NCBI GenBank assembly: GCA_963760795.1
Contig: CAVXEP010000032.1
Span: forward strand, 416,001-480,000
DNA: 64,000 bases
Direction of reading: 5' to 3'
DNA from: an uncultured delta proteobacterium
GTDB taxonomy: Bacteria; Desulfobacterota; Binatia; UBA9968
Positions 29,202-39,788 of this stretch are shown piece by piece. Within the stretch, counting starts at the first letter, position 1; each line of letters begins with the position of its first letter. A program made the translations under genes and the position numbers. The notes under the pieces were generated by a model. The model made no database searches. It saw only the letters and a list, made by a program, of their open reading frames with translations, and was not told where the DNA came from.

Positions 29202-29846
29202 ATGAAAGGTTATGACAACAAAGACCGCTGCCCTTGGGTCGACATGAGCAAACCGGATTATGTCGAGTATCACGACCGCGAGTGGGGCGTGCCGGTGCAT
29301 GACGATCGCGTGATCTTTGAGTTTCTCACTTTGGAAGCCGCGCAGGCGGGATTGAGCTGGTACACCGTGCTGCGCAAGCGGGAAGCTTACCGCGCGGCGT
29401 TTGTCGGCTTCGATCCGGAAAAAGTCGCGCGTTACGGCAAGAAACAGATCGAAGCGTTGCTGAATAATCCTGGTATCATTCGCAATCGCTTGAAAATCCA
29501 CGCCGCGGTGAACAACGCTGGCAAGTTTTTACAGGTTCAAGATGAGTTCGGCAGCTTCGACGCGTACATCTGGCGCTTCGTCGACGGCAATCCGATCGTC
29601 AATCGTTTTAAAACCTTGAAAGATTATCCGGCCACCAGCCGCGAGTCTGACGCCTTGAGTAAAGATCTCAAACAGCGTGGCTTCAAATTCGTCGGATCGA
29701 CGATTATCTACGCCCATATGCAAGCCACCGGCATGGTCAACGACCATGCGGAGGGTTGCTTTCGTAGTCAACCCGTTTTGGCAAACCGTGACACTTTCGG
29801 TAGCGCTAATCTCCGCCGTCGTGACTTACCAAAGCTGCCACGGTAA
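29202..29846 (+). CDS. tag: DNA-3-methyladenine glycosylase I
   Basis: RCPW, YHD.EWG.P, LE.AQAGLSW, IIRNRLKI, GMVNDH..C. Confidence 0.95.
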   Translation: MKGYDNKDRCPWVDMSKPDYVEYHDREWGVPVHDDRVIFEFLTLEAAQAGLSWYTVLRKREAYRAAFVGFDPEKVARYGKKQIEALLNNPGIIRNRLKIHAAVNNAGKFLQVQDEFGSFDAYIWRFVDGNPIVNRFKTLKDYPATSRESDALSKDLKQRGFKFVGSTIIYAHMQATGMVNDHAEGCFRSQPVLANRDTFGSANLRRRDLPKLPR

Positions 29847-30066
29847 TTCGTCGAATTTGCCTGTAGTCATCCCTCGGTTCTCCAGTCGTTTGCCAGGAAG
29901 GTCCCGCCCTTCGTCCGTCGTACTTGCTGCCTGGCCAATTTTGTTCGGTGAATGGGTTGGTGGAAAGTGTACGGCAAGGGGCGCCGAATTTGGCAGACTG
30001 GCACTCGACAAACGCCCTATCTATCAACGCATGACCAAGGAGTGCGCTCAGGTGCTTTGTCAAAAA

Positions 30067-30082
30067 TGGCATCGGAGTTGCT
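30067..30082 (+). promoter_or_regulatory. putative sigma54 (-24/-12) promoter for tad cluster
   Basis: TGGCATCGGAGTTGCT matches TGGCA-N6-TTGCW. Confidence 0.6.
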
Positions 30083-30190
30083 CTTTCTCCTCCACAACAA
30101 CGCCAATTGCGGTTCAAAGCCCTTACATTTGACTTAGCATCCGGGTTCGAATGATCCGTGCTGGCGGAGACCCGCAGAGGAGGAGTCCAT

Positions 30191-30669
30191 ATGCTAGGCG
30201 CGTCACATATCCCGACGAGACGGCCAAGCCGTCGTCGAGCTGACTTTCGGTTTTTTGATATTTTTTTCCTTGTTCATGGCGATCGTGGAGTTTTCCCATT
30301 TGCTGTACTCCAAGGTCACATTGCAGCACGCGCTGCGGACCGCCGGCAGGTACATGGTCACCGGTAAGACGGGAACCGACGGCGCCGGTGTTGCTATCCC
30401 TCGCGATCAGATGATTCACGACGTTTTCTGCGCCAACGTTATTGCCGCGGGGGTTCAATGCCCCAATTTAGGAACGAGTAATTTTCAGTTCGTCTGTCTG
30501 GGCGCTAGCTTGCTCCCAACCGGGCGGAGGGTCAAACCAAACCGTTGTGGTTACGGTCAGTCTGACTAAACCCTCTTTGATGCCGTTTTTCTCGCGGTTC
30601 TTCCCGACCGGTGGCGTCCCGTTCCAGCTGAGCACAACTTGGAAAAACGAGCCGTTTCCAACGATATAG
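30191..30669 (+). CDS. tadE: TadE family pseudopilin (frameshifted)
   Basis: GQAVVEL.., hydrophobic helix, LQHALR.AGRY, C-terminal WKNEPF. Confidence 0.72.
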
Positions 30670-30677
30670 GAGGTTTA

Positions 30678-31261
30678 ATGGCACGATCACTAAAATCAGC
30701 GCTCCGTTCACAGAAGGGACAGTCTCTCATTGAGCTGTCACTGATCGCACCACTTATGATATTTCTCGCCTACGGCGCCATCGAAGTAGGCCAGGTTATC
30801 AGCACTCACTTAACGATGACCCATACTTCCCGCGAAGGCGCTAACTTGGTTTCCCGCGGGACCACAGCCAGTGATGCTCTCGATGCCATCGATCGCGGCG
30901 TCGTCGAATACGTTCAAGATCGATCCAATGAAGCCAACTGGAAAATCATTTATTCCAAGGTGACTCAGGATATTACTGTCCCTTGTCCCAATCCGCCGAC
31001 TACTCCCTGTACCTACCGACATTGAGAGTCAACAGACACACTCGCGGGCTGCTGGTCAAAAACAGCAAGCTGAGCGCCACCGGCGCGGTTAACGAGATCG
31101 TTACGATTCCGGGAATCAACGGCGTTATAGCGGGGCAGACCTTCCACGTCATCGAAGTGTTTTATAACTACGCACCGTACATCGTTACTTACGTCGGCAA
31201 GGGAATTAATACTGATTTTTACGATAGGACTATTTTTACCAATGTCAGCGGCTCGGTGTAG
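30678..31261 (+). CDS. tadE: TadE family pseudopilin (frameshift near 31015)
   Basis: KGQSLIELSLIAP...SREGA; second frame EVFYNY.P. Confidence 0.78.
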
Positions 31262-31286
31262 CCTAAAAGCAGAGGGGGAGTGAATT

Positions 31287-32843
31287 ATGCGCAAGCTAAA
31301 CCAAAGAGGCTCATTCCTTGTCTTTCTCACCCTGGGGTTTGCCCTCCTGGGAACATTTATCGGCTTTGCCGTGGACTTTGGCCGCGCCTATCTGGAGAAG
31401 GCGCGTGTCTCCCGTCTGATAGACGGCGCGGCGTTGGCCGCGGCAAAAGTCCTGAAAGGACAAGTCGGATTCGAGAACGACGCTACCCGAGCGGCATGCG
31501 ACTCCATGCTGATGAATGGCGCGCAAGTCACGATGAGCAGCGCAACGACTTGCTCGACCACCAGTGGCGCACCGATCACTGCCACGATATCATTTTTCGA
31601 CGCGGCCGTGGCTGGCGGCCCGGATTTGCGTCATGTTCGCGTCATTGGCAGCGAGCCGGTACCGACGACATTTCTGAGATTTCTCGGCTGGATGGCTCCT
31701 GGTGACTATTCAACTATTAATGTCGTCGCCCAAGCCGAGGCGGGGCCGGAGAGACCGATCGACCTGGTGCTCGTGCTCGATCGCTCCGGTTCGATGTCGG
31801 GCGCGAAGATCGCTGCGCTAAAGACCACAGTCAATGAATTCTTAAGCAACAACTTCACGGGGAATGACCGTATCGGCATGGTCAGCTTCGCTTGGCGCGG
31901 CTGCGGTGATGCTGCCGGCTTGGATGACTGGGCCGCGAACATCTGCCAACCCGATGTGCCGATGGCCGATGCCACCAGTGCTAATATCAATACACTAAAA
32001 AACAGAGTGAATGGGCTCACCACCAATAATGGCGCCACCGGTACGATGGAAGCGCTAAGAACGGCGCGTGTTCCGATCGCAGCAGCGTTTAATGATCCTA
32101 CTCGCGTGAACACGCGAAAGGTCGTGCTGCTGATCACGGACGGCAAACCGACCGTCATGAGACGAGACACTGATGCTCAATGTAAGCGAAACCCGAAGAC
32201 CGGCGCCGTGGTGGCGGCATGGAATACCGGGAGTTTTCCAAACGGCTGTTTAATGGAGGCAAATGATGCCTCTGGGGGATATGCGAGCCGGGTACCTCTT
32301 AGCTCCGTCGTACTGACCCCGGCTACTAATATCAATACTCCTAATATTTTCCTCGATACGATCTCCTGTTTTCGCGCTTTAGCGGGTTGTCAAGCTGGAT
32401 CCAACGGCGTCATGTATGAGGCTGATCTGATAAGAAATTGTGGCGCGGGCAACGCCGCTTGCGCCGCCGCCGGAGCGCACGATGTCCTGGTCTTTGCAAT
32501 TGGGATCGGCACGATTGTGGCAAGTCAACCGAATGCGAGCTTCGATAAATACGCCAAGTGTATGCTTTTGCGCGCAGCCAACGGAACCGATCTCTTGAAC
32601 ACCGGGAATAATACCGTAGAGAGCATCAACACCGTTTGCACGCCTCCTCCGCCGTTGTTGATCGACTCCGATACTTACGCGGAACTGCGGACAGATTGGC
32701 CCTGCGGCACCGGTCCCTGTATTAATAGCACTCAGGAAAAGGGCAAAGTCTACATCGTTGATCAAACCGGCAATGTCCAAGCCCAAATGCAGCAGGTCTT
32801 CGCCGAGATCGCGGCGATTTTGAAACTTCGCCTCACGCTCTAA
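31287..32843 (+). CDS. TadG-like protein with von Willebrand A domain
   Basis: RG prepilin site, AVDFGR, DGAALA; MIDAS DRSGSM, LITDG; Cys-rich. Confidence 0.88.
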   Translation: MRKLNQRGSFLVFLTLGFALLGTFIGFAVDFGRAYLEKARVSRLIDGAALAAAKVLKGQVGFENDATRAACDSMLMNGAQVTMSSATTCSTTSGAPITATISFFDAAVAGGPDLRHVRVIGSEPVPTTFLRFLGWMAPGDYSTINVVAQAEAGPERPIDLVLVLDRSGSMSGAKIAALKTTVNEFLSNNFTGNDRIGMVSFAWRGCGDAAGLDDWAANICQPDVPMADATSANINTLKNRVNGLTTNNGATGTMEALRTARVPIAAAFNDPTRVNTRKVVLLITDGKPTVMRRDTDAQCKRNPKTGAVVAAWNTGSFPNGCLMEANDASGGYASRVPLSSVVLTPATNINTPNIFLDTISCFRALAGCQAGSNGVMYEADLIRNCGAGNAACAAAGAHDVLVFAIGIGTIVASQPNASFDKYAKCMLLRAANGTDLLNTGNNTVESINTVCTPPPPLLIDSDTYAELRTDWPCGTGPCINSTQEKGKVYIVDQTGNVQAQMQQVFAEIAAILKLRLTL

Positions 32844-33258
32844 TCGATGCTTTTTGGCTTGGGGCTTTCGTTTTGGCGGCTTAAGCTTTCCTGGTCGAGG
32901 CTTCCCCGTTTGCCTTGGCTAGTCGGCGCGCGACCTTCGATGGCTGGCGCAAAGCGTTTGAGAATGAAAGGCAAAACCTCGCGAACAGCGAATTCTGGCT
33001 GAAAGTTATACTCGCTACCTTCGCGCTATGCGCCGGAGTGGGTTTGACTACCTTTATGCTTTCCTACGGGAGCGCGTGGGGAGTCATTCGCCTGTAAGCC
33101 TCGCTTTTGCTGCTGGCGGTTCTAAGCCCGTATTTGCTCGCCTAGCCGGTTCGGCTACAAACATACTTCTCCTTTTTCTGGGGTTTTGCGGTTTTTTGTG
33201 GCATTTCGCACGAAACGATTTTTCTAAGTTATGTCTTTAGCCGAGTTGGGTGTCTTCC

Positions 33259-33463
33259 TTGTCCGCTTAGCGTCCCTCTCTACTGCAAGAGCAATTTTTC
33301 CTTTCTCGAAGGCGCGAGCCATCCGGATGAGTTGGTCGATGAAGCTTATCGGCTGGGTTTGCCAGCGATCGCGTTGACCGACCGAGACGGCGTCTACGGA
33401 GTCGTGTGCGCGCATGTGAAGGCGCGTGAGCTTGGCATGAAAGTCATCATCGGTTCGCAGGTT
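33259..33463 (+). pseudogene. truncated, diverged 5' copy of dnaE2
   Basis: [22 protein letters not shown]...[10 protein letters not shown]...IIGS; 33305-33342 identical to 35337-35374. Confidence 0.88.
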
Positions 33464-33599
33464 CGCCGAGGCCGGCACGGGGGTTTGGTAGTGCGCCGCT
33501 TACCTTCACTCGATCCCGAATTATTCTAACCTCGCCGCTTGTTTTGAAGTTGACCGGCGATTTGTTGGTCTCCGCGGAGAATTTCTAACGGGACTTCTT

Positions 33600-33943
33600 A
33601 TGAAATTTCTATCGACCTGTTTGATAACAATCGCAAATGGGCAGCCGAAATGAAGCGCAGGGATCTGGAATATTTCGAACATCTGAGCAAGATACAGAGG
33701 CTAGAATATCTCTGGAGCGGCTGCGCCGATAGCCGCGTACCGGCCAACGAGATCGTCGGCCTCGCGCCTGGCGAGCTCTTCGTGCACCGTAACATCGCTA
33801 ATCTCCCGCCGCAGTTCGACACCAATGTTCATTCGGTGCTGCAGTTTACGGTGGAGGCCCTTCATGTCAAACACATCATCGTTTGTGGCCATTACAGTTG
33901 CGGCGGAGTGTTCGCCGTGCTGCGCGCTGGTCCGGGACGTTAG
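33600..33943 (+). pseudogene. truncated beta-carbonic anhydrase
   Basis: LF.NNRKWA, GCADSRVP, HRNIAN, CGHYSCGG; C-terminal half missing. Confidence 0.8.
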
Positions 33944-34020
33944 TGTCCTGTCCCAGAGAGATTTGCAACAAAACTCATTTGCCATTCTGGGTGAGCAAGT
34001 GAAAACTAGCTCGACCCGCA

Positions 34021-34070
34021 ATCCAGGAATTTTAAAAACTTCTGGATGCCGGAATTCAACGGCATGACGG
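34021..34070. repeat. degenerate copy of the ATCCAG...CTGGAT...ATGACGG palindromic element
   Basis: atccag-N-ctggatgcc...ggcatgacgg resembles 35680-35767. Confidence 0.5.
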
Positions 34071-34179
34071 TAAGGGTGATCATCGAGTTCCCGAACGAAT
34101 TTCTGAAACAGGACACCAAATCGTTAAGTAACGGAGCTATAATATCTGGTGTTTTCTATCCAGTGATCGATTGAGAAGT

Positions 34180-34216
34180 GAAAAAAGGGAGCAGCCTCGA
34201 TCGGCTGCTCCCTCTG
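34180..34216 (-). terminator. rho-independent terminator
   Basis: Minus strand agggagcagcc-gatcga-ggctgctccct stem followed by T run. Confidence 0.75.
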
Positions 34217-34290
34217 TTAGGCCACTAAATAAACGTAGCTTGAGTTTAGGCAGACTTATTGCGGACACAGATCTGGTTGTCCTTCTGACA

Positions 34291-34996
34291 TCACCCAAAC
34301 TCTGGACTCTCCTTATCAAGTGGATTCGAGAAAAAAATATTGACTTCGTCACCATCGCTGAAGGTGTCTCCGTCCGTGTCAGGATTATTCGGATTGGTTC
34401 CCAAAAGAATCTCAACTGCGTCTGGTAGGCCGTCTCCGTCGCTGTCGACAATTGTATCTGTTGCCGCTTTAAAATTATCGGTTTTGGTCTGGCTTGGTAT
34501 AAACCGGAAATTTTCAGGCGACACATTGGGAGTAACCGGTGCCATCCAGACCTTGTATTCACCACCAGGATTGGGCGTGTCGTCGAATGGGTACAAACGA
34601 ACTGTCAAGGTAGGTTTATTACACTTTGTTCCGGTTGCAGTAGCGTGCGTGGTACCCAAATACGCGATAATATACCCGCCGGCGACCTGGACTTTTCGCT
34701 CGGTATATAGGATCCGAGGAAAGCAGCCACCGTCCCGATGGATCGGTTACCTGGAAGTAATATTCACCATCGGGTAGACCAGCGGCAGTACAGGGCGCTT
34801 TCGGAGAAACTGGTCCGCCATTGAGATACACGTCTTCTTTAACATCATAGATGTTATAATTCACCGCGCTGCCATCTTTCAAAGTGGTAAAAATCGCACC
34901 GGTGACCTGGGCCGCCATCGCACTTGAAGTTGCCAGCGACAGTGCCAAGGCAGCTATGCCTCCTCTAATTATTTTTCGCTGTCTAATTAATTCCAT
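34291..34996 (-). CDS. secreted protein with thrombospondin type 3-like Ca-binding repeats (frameshifted near 34660-34730)
   Basis: Signal peptide; GAIFTT..DG..VN.NIY, GLPDG.YYFQVTDPSG; PF.DTPNPGGEYKVW; DSDGDGLPD, DTDGDTFSDGDE. Confidence 0.75.
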
Positions 34997-35039
34997 TGAA
35001 AAATCTCCTCCTAATTTTACTGGATAGTTCCCAGTTGTC

Positions 35040-35055
35040 AGCAAGGTATATGCCG
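35040..35055 (-). promoter_or_regulatory. putative sigma54 promoter
   Basis: Minus strand CGGCATATACCTTGCT about 45 nt upstream of ATG 34996. Confidence 0.55.
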
Positions 35056-35294
35056 GGATTTTATGTGGAGATTTAAGATGTGAATTGGTAGTTCCATGAC
35101 AATTTCGGTAACTCTACGCACGTGCTTCGAGACATGATCGTAGCTGATTGTCACAACCGTCAATTCGTCACGGATTTGCAGGGAGATTTGCAGATATCGG
35201 AGCTTGAGCTGTCACTTGTCGCTGATTGTTTGATATTGTCGTAACTCGTCTGCGTCCGCCCTTCAGACGGGCAAAGTTTCTTGGTTATTGTTAG

Positions 35295-38200
35295 ATGTCC
35301 TACGCTCCCCTTTGGTGTAAAAGTAATTTCTCCTTCCTCGAAGGCGCGAGCCATCCGGATGAGTTGGTCGATGAGGCGTTTCGGCAGGGTTTGCCGGCGT
35401 TGGCGTTGACCGACCGAGATGGGGTTTATGGCGCCGTGCGGGCGCATGTGAAGGCGCGCGAGGTGGGGCTGAAGCTGATTATCGGTTCGGAGATCTCGAT
35501 CGATGACGGCTCGACAATTGTTTTGCTGGCTCAGGATCGTGGCGGCTACGCCAATCTGTGCCGGTTGATTACCAAGGGACGGCGTAGGTCGGAGAAAGGC
35601 GAGAGTGCTGTCGGTTGGGATGAGGTGTGTGCGCATGCGGCGGGGGTGAATGCGCTGTGGGGCGGTGGGGAGAGTTCAGCCGTCATACCCGCGAAAGCGG
35701 GCATCCAGACGAATGGCCACGCAGGAAAAAGAACAGACCTGGATTCCCGCGTGCGCGGGAATGACGGAAAAGAACGCGCCGTGGACAAGGTGATTTTGGA
35801 CAAAGTCACAGGCCTATTGCACGACGCATTCGGCGATCGGCTTTACGGTATGATCGCGCGCCATCGTTGTGAGGAGGAGGTAGCGCTGGAAGGGGATTGG
35901 CGCGAGCGCATGGAGCGCTTCGGTATTCCCTCGGTCGCGGCCAACGAAGTGCTCTATCATAATCCGTCGCGGCGCCGTTTGCAGGATGTCTTGACGGCGA
36001 TTCGCCATGGCATTCCGGTTGCCGGCTGTGGGCGAAAATTAAAACCCAACGCCGAGTTTGCTTTAAAGCCGCCTTACGCTTTCGCCAGGCTTTTCGCTGA
36101 CGATCCGGCGGCGATGGAGAGAACCTTGGAGGTCGCCGAGCGCTGCAACTTCTCTCTCGCAGACATTCACTATCGCTATCCATCGGAACAGTTGCCCGGT
36201 GGCATGACTTCGGCGGAGTGGTTGCGCCGACAAGTGTTTGACGGCGCGCGCGGGCGTTACGGTGTGAGCCTGCCGGAAACCGTGGCAGTGCAGCTGAAAA
36301 AAGAGCTGGAGATCATCGAAGCCCTCGACTATCCCGGCTACTTCCTCACCATGTGGGAGATCGTCGAGTTCTGCCGGGCCAACGGCATACTTTGCCAGGG
36401 ACGCGGCTCGGCGGCGAATTCGGTTGTCTGTTATTGCCTCGGGATTACGGCTATCGATCCGGTGCGCATGGATTTGCTCTTCGAGCGCTTCATTTCCATG
36501 GAGCGCGCCGAACCGCCGGACATCGATCTCGACATCCAGCATGGCCGGCGCGAGGAAGTGATCCAGCATGTCTATCAAAAATATGGCCGCGACCGCGCCG
36601 CCATGGTTGCCAACGTGGTGCGCTACCGGTCGCGCTCGGCGCTACGCGATGTCGGCAAGGCTTTGGGCATTTCCGAGACGGCATTGGACCGGGTGGCGAA
36701 GTTTTTATCGTCCTACGAAAACGTCCGGCCGGAAATGTTGGCGTCGTTGGGCGTCGACCCCGCCACCGGGTCGCACGAGCATCTACTGCAGCTGGCCAAC
36801 GAGATTCTCGATTTCCCGCGCCATCTATCGATCCATCCTGGCGGTTTTCTTCTCGGCCATGAACCGGTGCACGACATGGTGCCGATCGAAAACGCCACGA
36901 TGGCCGAGCGCACGGTGATCCAGTGGGACAAAGAAGATGTCGAAGCTCTCGGCCTGTTTAAAGTCGATCTGCTCGGCCTGGGCGGACTGACTCAGCTCGA
37001 TCTTTGCTTCAAGCTCCTGCGCGAGCAGCGCGGCGTCGAGCTGTCGATGGCGACGATCCCGGCGCGCGATGAAGCGACCTTCGACATGATCTGTAAAGGC
37101 GATACGGTGGGCGTGTTTCAAATCGAAAGCCGCGCCCAGATGGCGATGTTGCCGCGGCTCAGGCCGCGTAACTTCTACGATCTGGTGATCGAGATCAGCA
37201 TCGTTCGCCCTGGGCCGATCACCGGCGGTATGGTGCATCCCTATCTGCGCCGGCGCCAAGGCAAGGAGAACGTGGAGTATCCCCATCCGTCGCTGGAGCC
37301 GGTGCTGGAAAAAACCCTCGGCGTGCCGCTGTTTCAAGAACAGGTGATGCGCTTGGCGATGATCGCCGCCGATTACACACCCGGCGAAGCGGACCAGTTG
37401 CGCCGCGACATGGCGGCTTGGCATCGCACCGGACGGATGGAGCGCCACCGCGAACGCTTGATCACGCGCATGCAGGCGAAAGGCATCGCCGCCGAGTTCG
37501 CCGAGCGGGTCTTCGAGCAGATTCGCGGCTTCGGTGAGTATGGCTTTCCGGAAAGTCACGCGGCGAGCTTCGCGCTGATCGCTTACGCGACCGCTTGGTT
37601 GAAGTGCCACTACCATGCCGAATACTCTGCTCGTTGCTCAACGCCCAGCCGATGGGCTTTTACACGCCGGCGACCATTGTCGAGGACGCTAAGCGGCATG
37701 ATGTTGCGGTTCGCTCCATCGACGTTCAAACCAGCGACTGGGATTGCACGCTGGAGCGTTGCGGTGAAAGCGCTGGGGGCTTCGCCGTGCGCATGGGGTT
37801 GCGCTATGTCAAAAGTTTGGGCTGAAGCAGATTGGCAGAGAGTCGAAGCGGTGCGGCAGGTGAAGCCGTTCGTCTCGTTGACGGATTTCGTTCGGCGGAC
37901 CGGACTCGACGAGGGGAGTTTATGTGCGCTAGCGGAGGCTGGCGCTTTCGATTGTTTAACTGTGGCTCGGCGCAACGCTCTTTGGGATGTGCGTCGCCTG
38001 GTTCAAGCCCGAGAACAGTCGTTGACGATGTCGGTAGACGAAGTCAATCCCGGCTTCGCGCCACTAACTGACTTCGAAGAAGTCGGCTGGGATTATCGGC
38101 GTACGGCCCATAGCGCACGGCGCCATCCGCTGGAGCCGTTGCGTGAAGATTTAAATCGCCAGGGTCTGCCGGACGCCGGCACTGTGGCAACGATGAAAAA

Positions 38201-38486
38201 TGGTGAAAAGATTCGCTACGCTGGTTTGGTGATCTGCCGGCAACGGCCTGGAACGGCGGGCGGCGTCGTTTTCATGACACTCGAAGATGAAACCGGTTTC
38301 GTCAATGTCGTCATCTGGGAAAGCGTGTTCCAACGCTACGCGGTATTAGCCAAAACGGTGAGCTTTCTCGGCATCAGCGGTAAATTGCAAGCGGAAGACG
38401 GCGTAGTGCATCTCGTCGCTGAACGCCTCTGGGAGCCGAGAGTAGAGCTGAAGCCGGCGAGTACACGCAGCCGAGATTTTCATTAA
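35295..38486 (+). CDS. dnaE2: error-prone DNA polymerase DnaE2 (ImuC); compensating indels ~37625-37820
   Basis: [54 protein letters not shown]-terminal SRDFH; alternate frame [10 protein letters not shown]. Confidence 0.96.
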   Translation: MSYAPLWCKSNFSFLEGASHPDELVDEAFRQGLPALALTDRDGVYGAVRAHVKAREVGLKLIIGSEISIDDGSTIVLLAQDRGGYANLCRLITKGRRRSEKGESAVGWDEVCAHAAGVNALWGGGESSAVIPAKAGIQTNGHAGKRTDLDSRVRGNDGKERAVDKVILDKVTGLLHDAFGDRLYGMIARHRCEEEVALEGDWRERMERFGIPSVAANEVLYHNPSRRRLQDVLTAIRHGIPVAGCGRKLKPNAEFALKPPYAFARLFADDPAAMERTLEVAERCNFSLADIHYRYPSEQLPGGMTSAEWLRRQVFDGARGRYGVSLPETVAVQLKKELEIIEALDYPGYFLTMWEIVEFCRANGILCQGRGSAANSVVCYCLGITAIDPVRMDLLFERFISMERAEPPDIDLDIQHGRREEVIQHVYQKYGRDRAAMVANVVRYRSRSALRDVGKALGISETALDRVAKFLSSYENVRPEMLASLGVDPATGSHEHLLQLANEILDFPRHLSIHPGGFLLGHEPVHDMVPIENATMAERTVIQWDKEDVEALGLFKVDLLGLGGLTQLDLCFKLLREQRGVELSMATIPARDEATFDMICKGDTVGVFQIESRAQMAMLPRLRPRNFYDLVIEISIVRPGPITGGMVHPYLRRRQGKENVEYPHPSLEPVLEKTLGVPLFQEQVMRLAMIAADYTPGEADQLRRDMAAWHRTGRMERHRERLITRMQAKGIAAEFAERVFEQIRGFGEYGFPESHAASFALIAYATAWLKCHYHAEYSARCSTPSRWAFTRRRPLSRTLSGMMLRFAPSTFKPATGIARWSVAVKALGASPCAWGCAMSKVWAEADWQRVEAVRQVKPFVSLTDFVRRTGLDEGSLCALAEAGAFDCLTVARRNALWDVRRLVQAREQSLTMSVDEVNPGFAPLTDFEEVGWDYRRTAHSARRHPLEPLREDLNRQGLPDAGTVATMKNGEKIRYAGLVICRQRPGTAGGVVFMTLEDETGFVNVVIWESVFQRYAVLAKTVSFLGISGKLQAEDGVVHLVAERLWEPRVELKPASTRSRDFH
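35680..35767. repeat. palindromic REP-like element inserted in frame in dnaE2
   Basis: ccgtcatacccgcgaaagcgggcatccag ... ctggattcccgcgtgcgcgggaatgacgg are inverted arms. Confidence 0.88.
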
Positions 38487-38494
38487 GAAAATTA

Positions 38495-38563
38495 GCCGCA
38501 AAGAGCGTAAAGGGCGCAAAAAGAATCGAAATTTGTCTGGGCGGGTTTGAAACCCGCCCTCTT
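38495..38563. repeat. composite repeat (GCCGCAAAGA... plus GGGCGGGTTTGAAACCCGCCC), copy 2
   Basis: Similar to 29091-29153; GCCGCAAAGA part also at 42653. Confidence 0.8.
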
Positions 38564-38577
38564 GGCATATGCCAAAT

Positions 38578-39672
38578 CTACGCAACCGCCTTCTTTTCGC
38601 TCTTCTCGATTCGCGCATTCAGCCGCGGATAAAACCGCAGCGGATTGTCCCAGAAAATTTTACGCTTCAGCTCGTCGCTGATATCTTTGCGATTGATCAA
38701 GTTCGGGATGTCGTGGCTGAAGTCGCGTTGGTCGCGTTCGTGCGGGTAGTCGGAGGCCCAGATGAGCGCGTTGTCGTTGGCGACTTGCGCGGCCAGCGGC
38801 AACGCCGACTCTTCGACTTCGACGGCGAAGTAGATGTTGCCTTTCTTGACGTACTCGCTTGGCTTTAACTTGCAGCGCGGCGAGTAGTGGCCTTTGCGTT
38901 CCTGTTCTTCATCCATGCGGTCCATCATGTAGGGCACCCAGCCGACGCCGCACTCGATGCAGCCGAACTTGAAGGTGGGGAACAATTCAAAAACCCCTTC
39001 GAACATCAACGCGGTGAACTGGCGAATCTGCGCGAAGGGATGTTCGAGTGTGTGGCCGATGGTAAAGTTGTTGACCGCATCCAGGCCGAGGGACGGCATG
39101 CTGAGGCCGCCGTGGGTGGACACCGGCACGTCGAGTTTCTGCGCTTCTTCCCAGAGCGGATAAAACTCCGGTCCGCTGTAGAGTCGTCCGCCCGGCGCTA
39201 CCGCCGGCAGCACGGCACCGACCATGCCCAGTTCGGTTACGGCGCGGCGCAATTCTTTTACTGCTTCGCCAATATCCTGGATCGGTAGCAGTGCGACGCC
39301 GACTAACCGCGGGCTTACCGCCATGAACTTGTTGTAAAGCCAATCGTTGTAGGCCCTGGCCATGCAGATCGCCCAGTCATGGTCCTGAATCGCTCCATGG
39401 GTCAGCCCCTGAGTCGGATAAAGCACCGTGAGTTCGATCTTGTTGATGTCGAGGAAGCGCAGCCAGTCTTGAGCGTTTGGCCCGGTGCCGCCGCCAGCCC
39501 AGCCGCCTTTCTTGCGCAGCGAGCGGAGAAAGCCGTCCATGGTTAGACCAGGCCAAAAGGAATAGCTGTGATGCCATTCGAGATCGTTATAGGGCGCGCC
39601 AATAAACTCGCGCAGTTCGGAATCAAGCTCCATCACATGCCCGTCGGCGTCGATGATTCGGTAATCGGCCAT
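38578..39672 (-). CDS. amidohydrolase_2 family protein
   Basis: IIDADGHVME, RAYNDW, E.G.GW.P, WASDYPH. Confidence 0.92.
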   Translation of the reverse strand: MADYRIIDADGHVMELDSELREFIGAPYNDLEWHHSYSFWPGLTMDGFLRSLRKKGGWAGGGTGPNAQDWLRFLDINKIELTVLYPTQGLTHGAIQDHDWAICMARAYNDWLYNKFMAVSPRLVGVALLPIQDIGEAVKELRRAVTELGMVGAVLPAVAPGGRLYSGPEFYPLWEEAQKLDVPVSTHGGLSMPSLGLDAVNNFTIGHTLEHPFAQIRQFTALMFEGVFELFPTFKFGCIECGVGWVPYMMDRMDEEQERKGHYSPRCKLKPSEYVKKGNIYFAVEVEESALPLAAQVANDNALIWASDYPHERDQRDFSHDIPNLINRKDISDELKRKIFWDNPLRFYPRLNARIEKSEKKAVA

Positions 39673-39734
39673 AGTTTCCTCCAATTGCGCTCGGTGCGTT
39701 AAATAACTAGGTGGGCTATTCGCTCTGGGTCGAA

Positions 39735-39786
39735 GGTGGAGGATGGATGATCGAATGCGATCCTCTATCTTCCATCATCAATCTTT
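39735..39786. repeat. short tandem-unit inverted repeat (GGATGG.../...CCATC)
   Basis: aggtggaggatggatgatcg vs cgatcctctatcttccatcatc. Confidence 0.5.
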
Positions 39787-39788
39787 TG

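Noticed and set aside
32915-33097. Flp pilin downstream of tadG
   Set aside because: No G|xxxxEY prepilin motif; at best a small hypothetical membrane peptide.
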